Below are positions 62,574 through 64,000 of a stretch of DNA of 64,000 bases, in pieces. The DNA is taken from NCBI GenBank assembly GCA_029261715.1, contig JAJDAT010000032.1, forward strand, positions 10,575 through 74,574. Reading direction: 5' to 3'. A model generated the notes under the pieces. It ran no database searches and had not been told where the DNA came from. It was given only the letters and a program-made list of their open reading frames with translations. Every line of letters starts with the position of its first letter. Position 1 is the stretch's first letter. The stretch is from Nitrospinia bacterium (lineage in GTDB: Bacteria; Nitrospinota; Nitrospinia; Nitrospinales; JAJDAT01). The translations under genes and the position numbers were made by a program.

Positions 62574-64000
62574 ATGATACTTTTCGTTTTAACATTTTTG
62601 CTTTTCTTCGGATGGAGCCCTCTCAGCGAGGCTCAGATCACCATTCCGCCCGCCGGAGAAGCCGGTATTGCCGAAAAATCTTTGCGGCAATCTCAACAAA
62701 AACCATTCAATCCTCTGCTGCAAGAAAAAGCGGAAATCATCACCATTGAAGACAGTAGAGAATTAGTCGATCCCGGCGCCGGTCCTTCGTTTTTTGTGAA
62801 AGAAGTAAAAATCGAAGGGAACACTTTATTCGATAACGAGATCTTAGATCCCATTGTCGATTTAGGCGGCGAGGGATTAGAATTAACTTTGGGTATCCTG
62901 TCTCTAATGGCGCAAGAGGTTTCCGCCCACTATTCACAAGCGGGTTATTTTTTAGCCAAAGCCTATATCCCAGAACAAGAGTTGATCGACGATACCGTCG
63001 TTATGAAAATCGATGAAGGAAAAGTTGGCAAAATCTCGGTCGAAAAAAACAAAAGAACCAATGCAAAAGATCTATTAAAACGAATGCAACCGGTTGCGGA
63101 CGAAGATATTCTTAGAGAAGAAACTTTGGAACGCACTCTTCTGGAAATCAATAGCTTAGCCGGTATCAAAGCGCGATCAATTTTACGCCCTGGGAAATTG
63201 CCTGGCACGTCGGACTTGGTTCTTGAAGTTACCGAAACAAGCCCTTATTCATTCAGCTTTGACGTGGATAACTTTGGTTCCGCATTTACCGGTGAAAACC
63301 GAGCGGGAATTACAGCCACGGCTGGCAGTACTTTAGTTTTGGGCGACTTTTTCCTTTTCCGAGGCGTGGCTTCTGAATTGGATCAACAATCATATACTGT
63401 TTCTTATCAATATCCACTGACCGATTTGGGAAGAAAAACCCTCAAATTTTCTTATACCTACTCAGAACAAACGTTGGGAGCCAGTTTGGTCGCGTTAAGA
63501 GGCGGTGGTCGCACACGACTTTTCAATATGGAATATGGTCAAACTTTATTTCGAGACAAATCTTCGGGACTCAATTTTCGAATGGGTTTCGATCATAAAA
63601 AGTTCGTTAACTTTGCATTGGGTAGCACCACTAGTAACGACGTTATTCGCGACGTTTATGCCGGGATTAGCGGTAATTTTAGCGACTCTTTTTTAGGGAA
63701 TAATATTTTCGATTGGAAAGTTCAATATGGAATTTTTGCAAACGATAGCGCATCTCTTCCTTCTCGCGTTGACGGTAATGCCGATATCTTTTTAACTTCG
63801 TTAAATCTAACTAGATACCAGGGAACGCCATTTTTAAACAGTTACTTTATTTGGAAAGCAAATACACAACTCGTCAGTAGCCGCACTCTATCTCCCGATC
63901 AATACGCAGTCGGCGGTTATGGCACGGTGCGTGGATTCCCATTAGCGGAACAATCTGGCGACTGGGGATATAATCTAGCCAGTGAATACGTATTGCCCTT
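62574..64000 (+). CDS. TpsB transporter (ShlB/FhaC/HecB family, POTRA + beta-barrel), 3'-truncated by the window end
   Basis: Not in the track because no stop codon is reached. Manual translation from ATG 62574 gives MILFVLTFLLFFGWSPLSEAQ...FFVKEVKIEGNTLF...VVMKIDEGKVGKISVEKN...LERTLLEINSLAGIKARSILRPGKLPGTSDLVLEV...QYAVGGYGTVRGFPL, which stays open to 64000. Confidence 0.88.
   Translation, partial: MILFVLTFLLFFGWSPLSEAQITIPPAGEAGIAEKSLRQSQQKPFNPLLQEKAEIITIEDSRELVDPGAGPSFFVKEVKIEGNTLFDNEILDPIVDLGGEGLELTLGILSLMAQEVSAHYSQAGYFLAKAYIPEQELIDDTVVMKIDEGKVGKISVEKNKRTNAKDLLKRMQPVADEDILREETLERTLLEINSLAGIKARSILRPGKLPGTSDLVLEVTETSPYSFSFDVDNFGSAFTGENRAGITATAGSTLVLGDFFLFRGVASELDQQSYTVSYQYPLTDLGRKTLKFSYTYSEQTLGASLVALRGGGRTRLFNMEYGQTLFRDKSSGLNFRMGFDHKKFVNFALGSTTSNDVIRDVYAGISGNFSDSFLGNNIFDWKVQYGIFANDSASLPSRVDGNADIFLTSLNLTRYQGTPFLNSYFIWKANTQLVSSRTLSPDQYAVGGYGTVRGFPLAEQSGDWGYNLASEYVLP

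Noticed and set aside
62567-62749. 60-aa track ORF (MIDDTFRFNIFAFLRMEPSQRG...).
   Set aside because: It is out of frame with, and fully overlapped by, the much better supported TpsB ORF starting at 62574.
1-64000. A search for CRISPR arrays, rRNA genes, additional tRNAs and IS transposases.
   Set aside because: - No regularly spaced direct repeats.
- No rRNA-like conserved blocks.
- No further cloverleaf candidates.
- No DDE, HUH or tyrosine transposase/integrase ORFs were seen.

Overview
This is an AT-rich chromosomal segment from a diderm bacterium; I cannot assign the lineage from sequence alone.

**1-20 kb, mostly housekeeping:**
- SRP RNA, orphan etfA, and rsmG.
- Two near-consensus parS sites, then parA-parB, a bactofilin and rsmI.
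- An orphan ParA/MinD-like ATPase, followed by a second bactofilin and a membrane-anchored L,D-transpeptidase. These last two share an N-terminal domain.
- argH with a tiny lipoprotein gene, a DUF484/GAF protein with a degenerate GGDEF motif, and a short ArgA-like GNAT.
- A lone flagellar-rod-family gene, a DnaD-like/DnaC-like pair, an SGNH hydrolase and an exported agmatine-deiminase-family protein.

**About 20.2-30.8 kb, an integrated mobilizable element.** It is visibly more G+C-rich than its flanks and abuts tRNA-Leu(CAG). It carries:
- mobC plus a relaxase.
- An AT-rich cargo of two GNAT-fold proteins and an HTH protein.
- A roughly 1-kb ORF-poor, hairpin-dense segment.
- parDE.
- A small serine recombinase with palindromic crossover-like sites.
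- A large serine recombinase whose 3' end reads through the tRNA gene.

**31-64 kb, an unusual two-partner-secretion locus.** It has two divergent arms:
- Minus strand: FecR-like, then TpsA of 975 aa, then TpsA of 945 aa.
- Plus strand: Crp-like regulator, FecR-like, a 112-aa protein, TpsA of 3785 aa, a GIY-YIG insertion, then a partial TpsB.

Between the arms sit a KAS-ACP-2x CrtI-like flavoenzyme-FabG lipid cassette, a DDAH-family gene, a GGCT-like gene and trxA.

**Most notable observations in this locus:**
- Every TpsA ends in a shared motif whose last residue is Cys. It is the only Cys in the 3785-aa protein.
- Each FecR-like protein has a single Cys, three residues from its C-terminus.
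- A conserved 18-nt TGTGA-N6-TCCTT motif lies upstream of all three operon starts.

I saw no rRNA genes and no CRISPR arrays.
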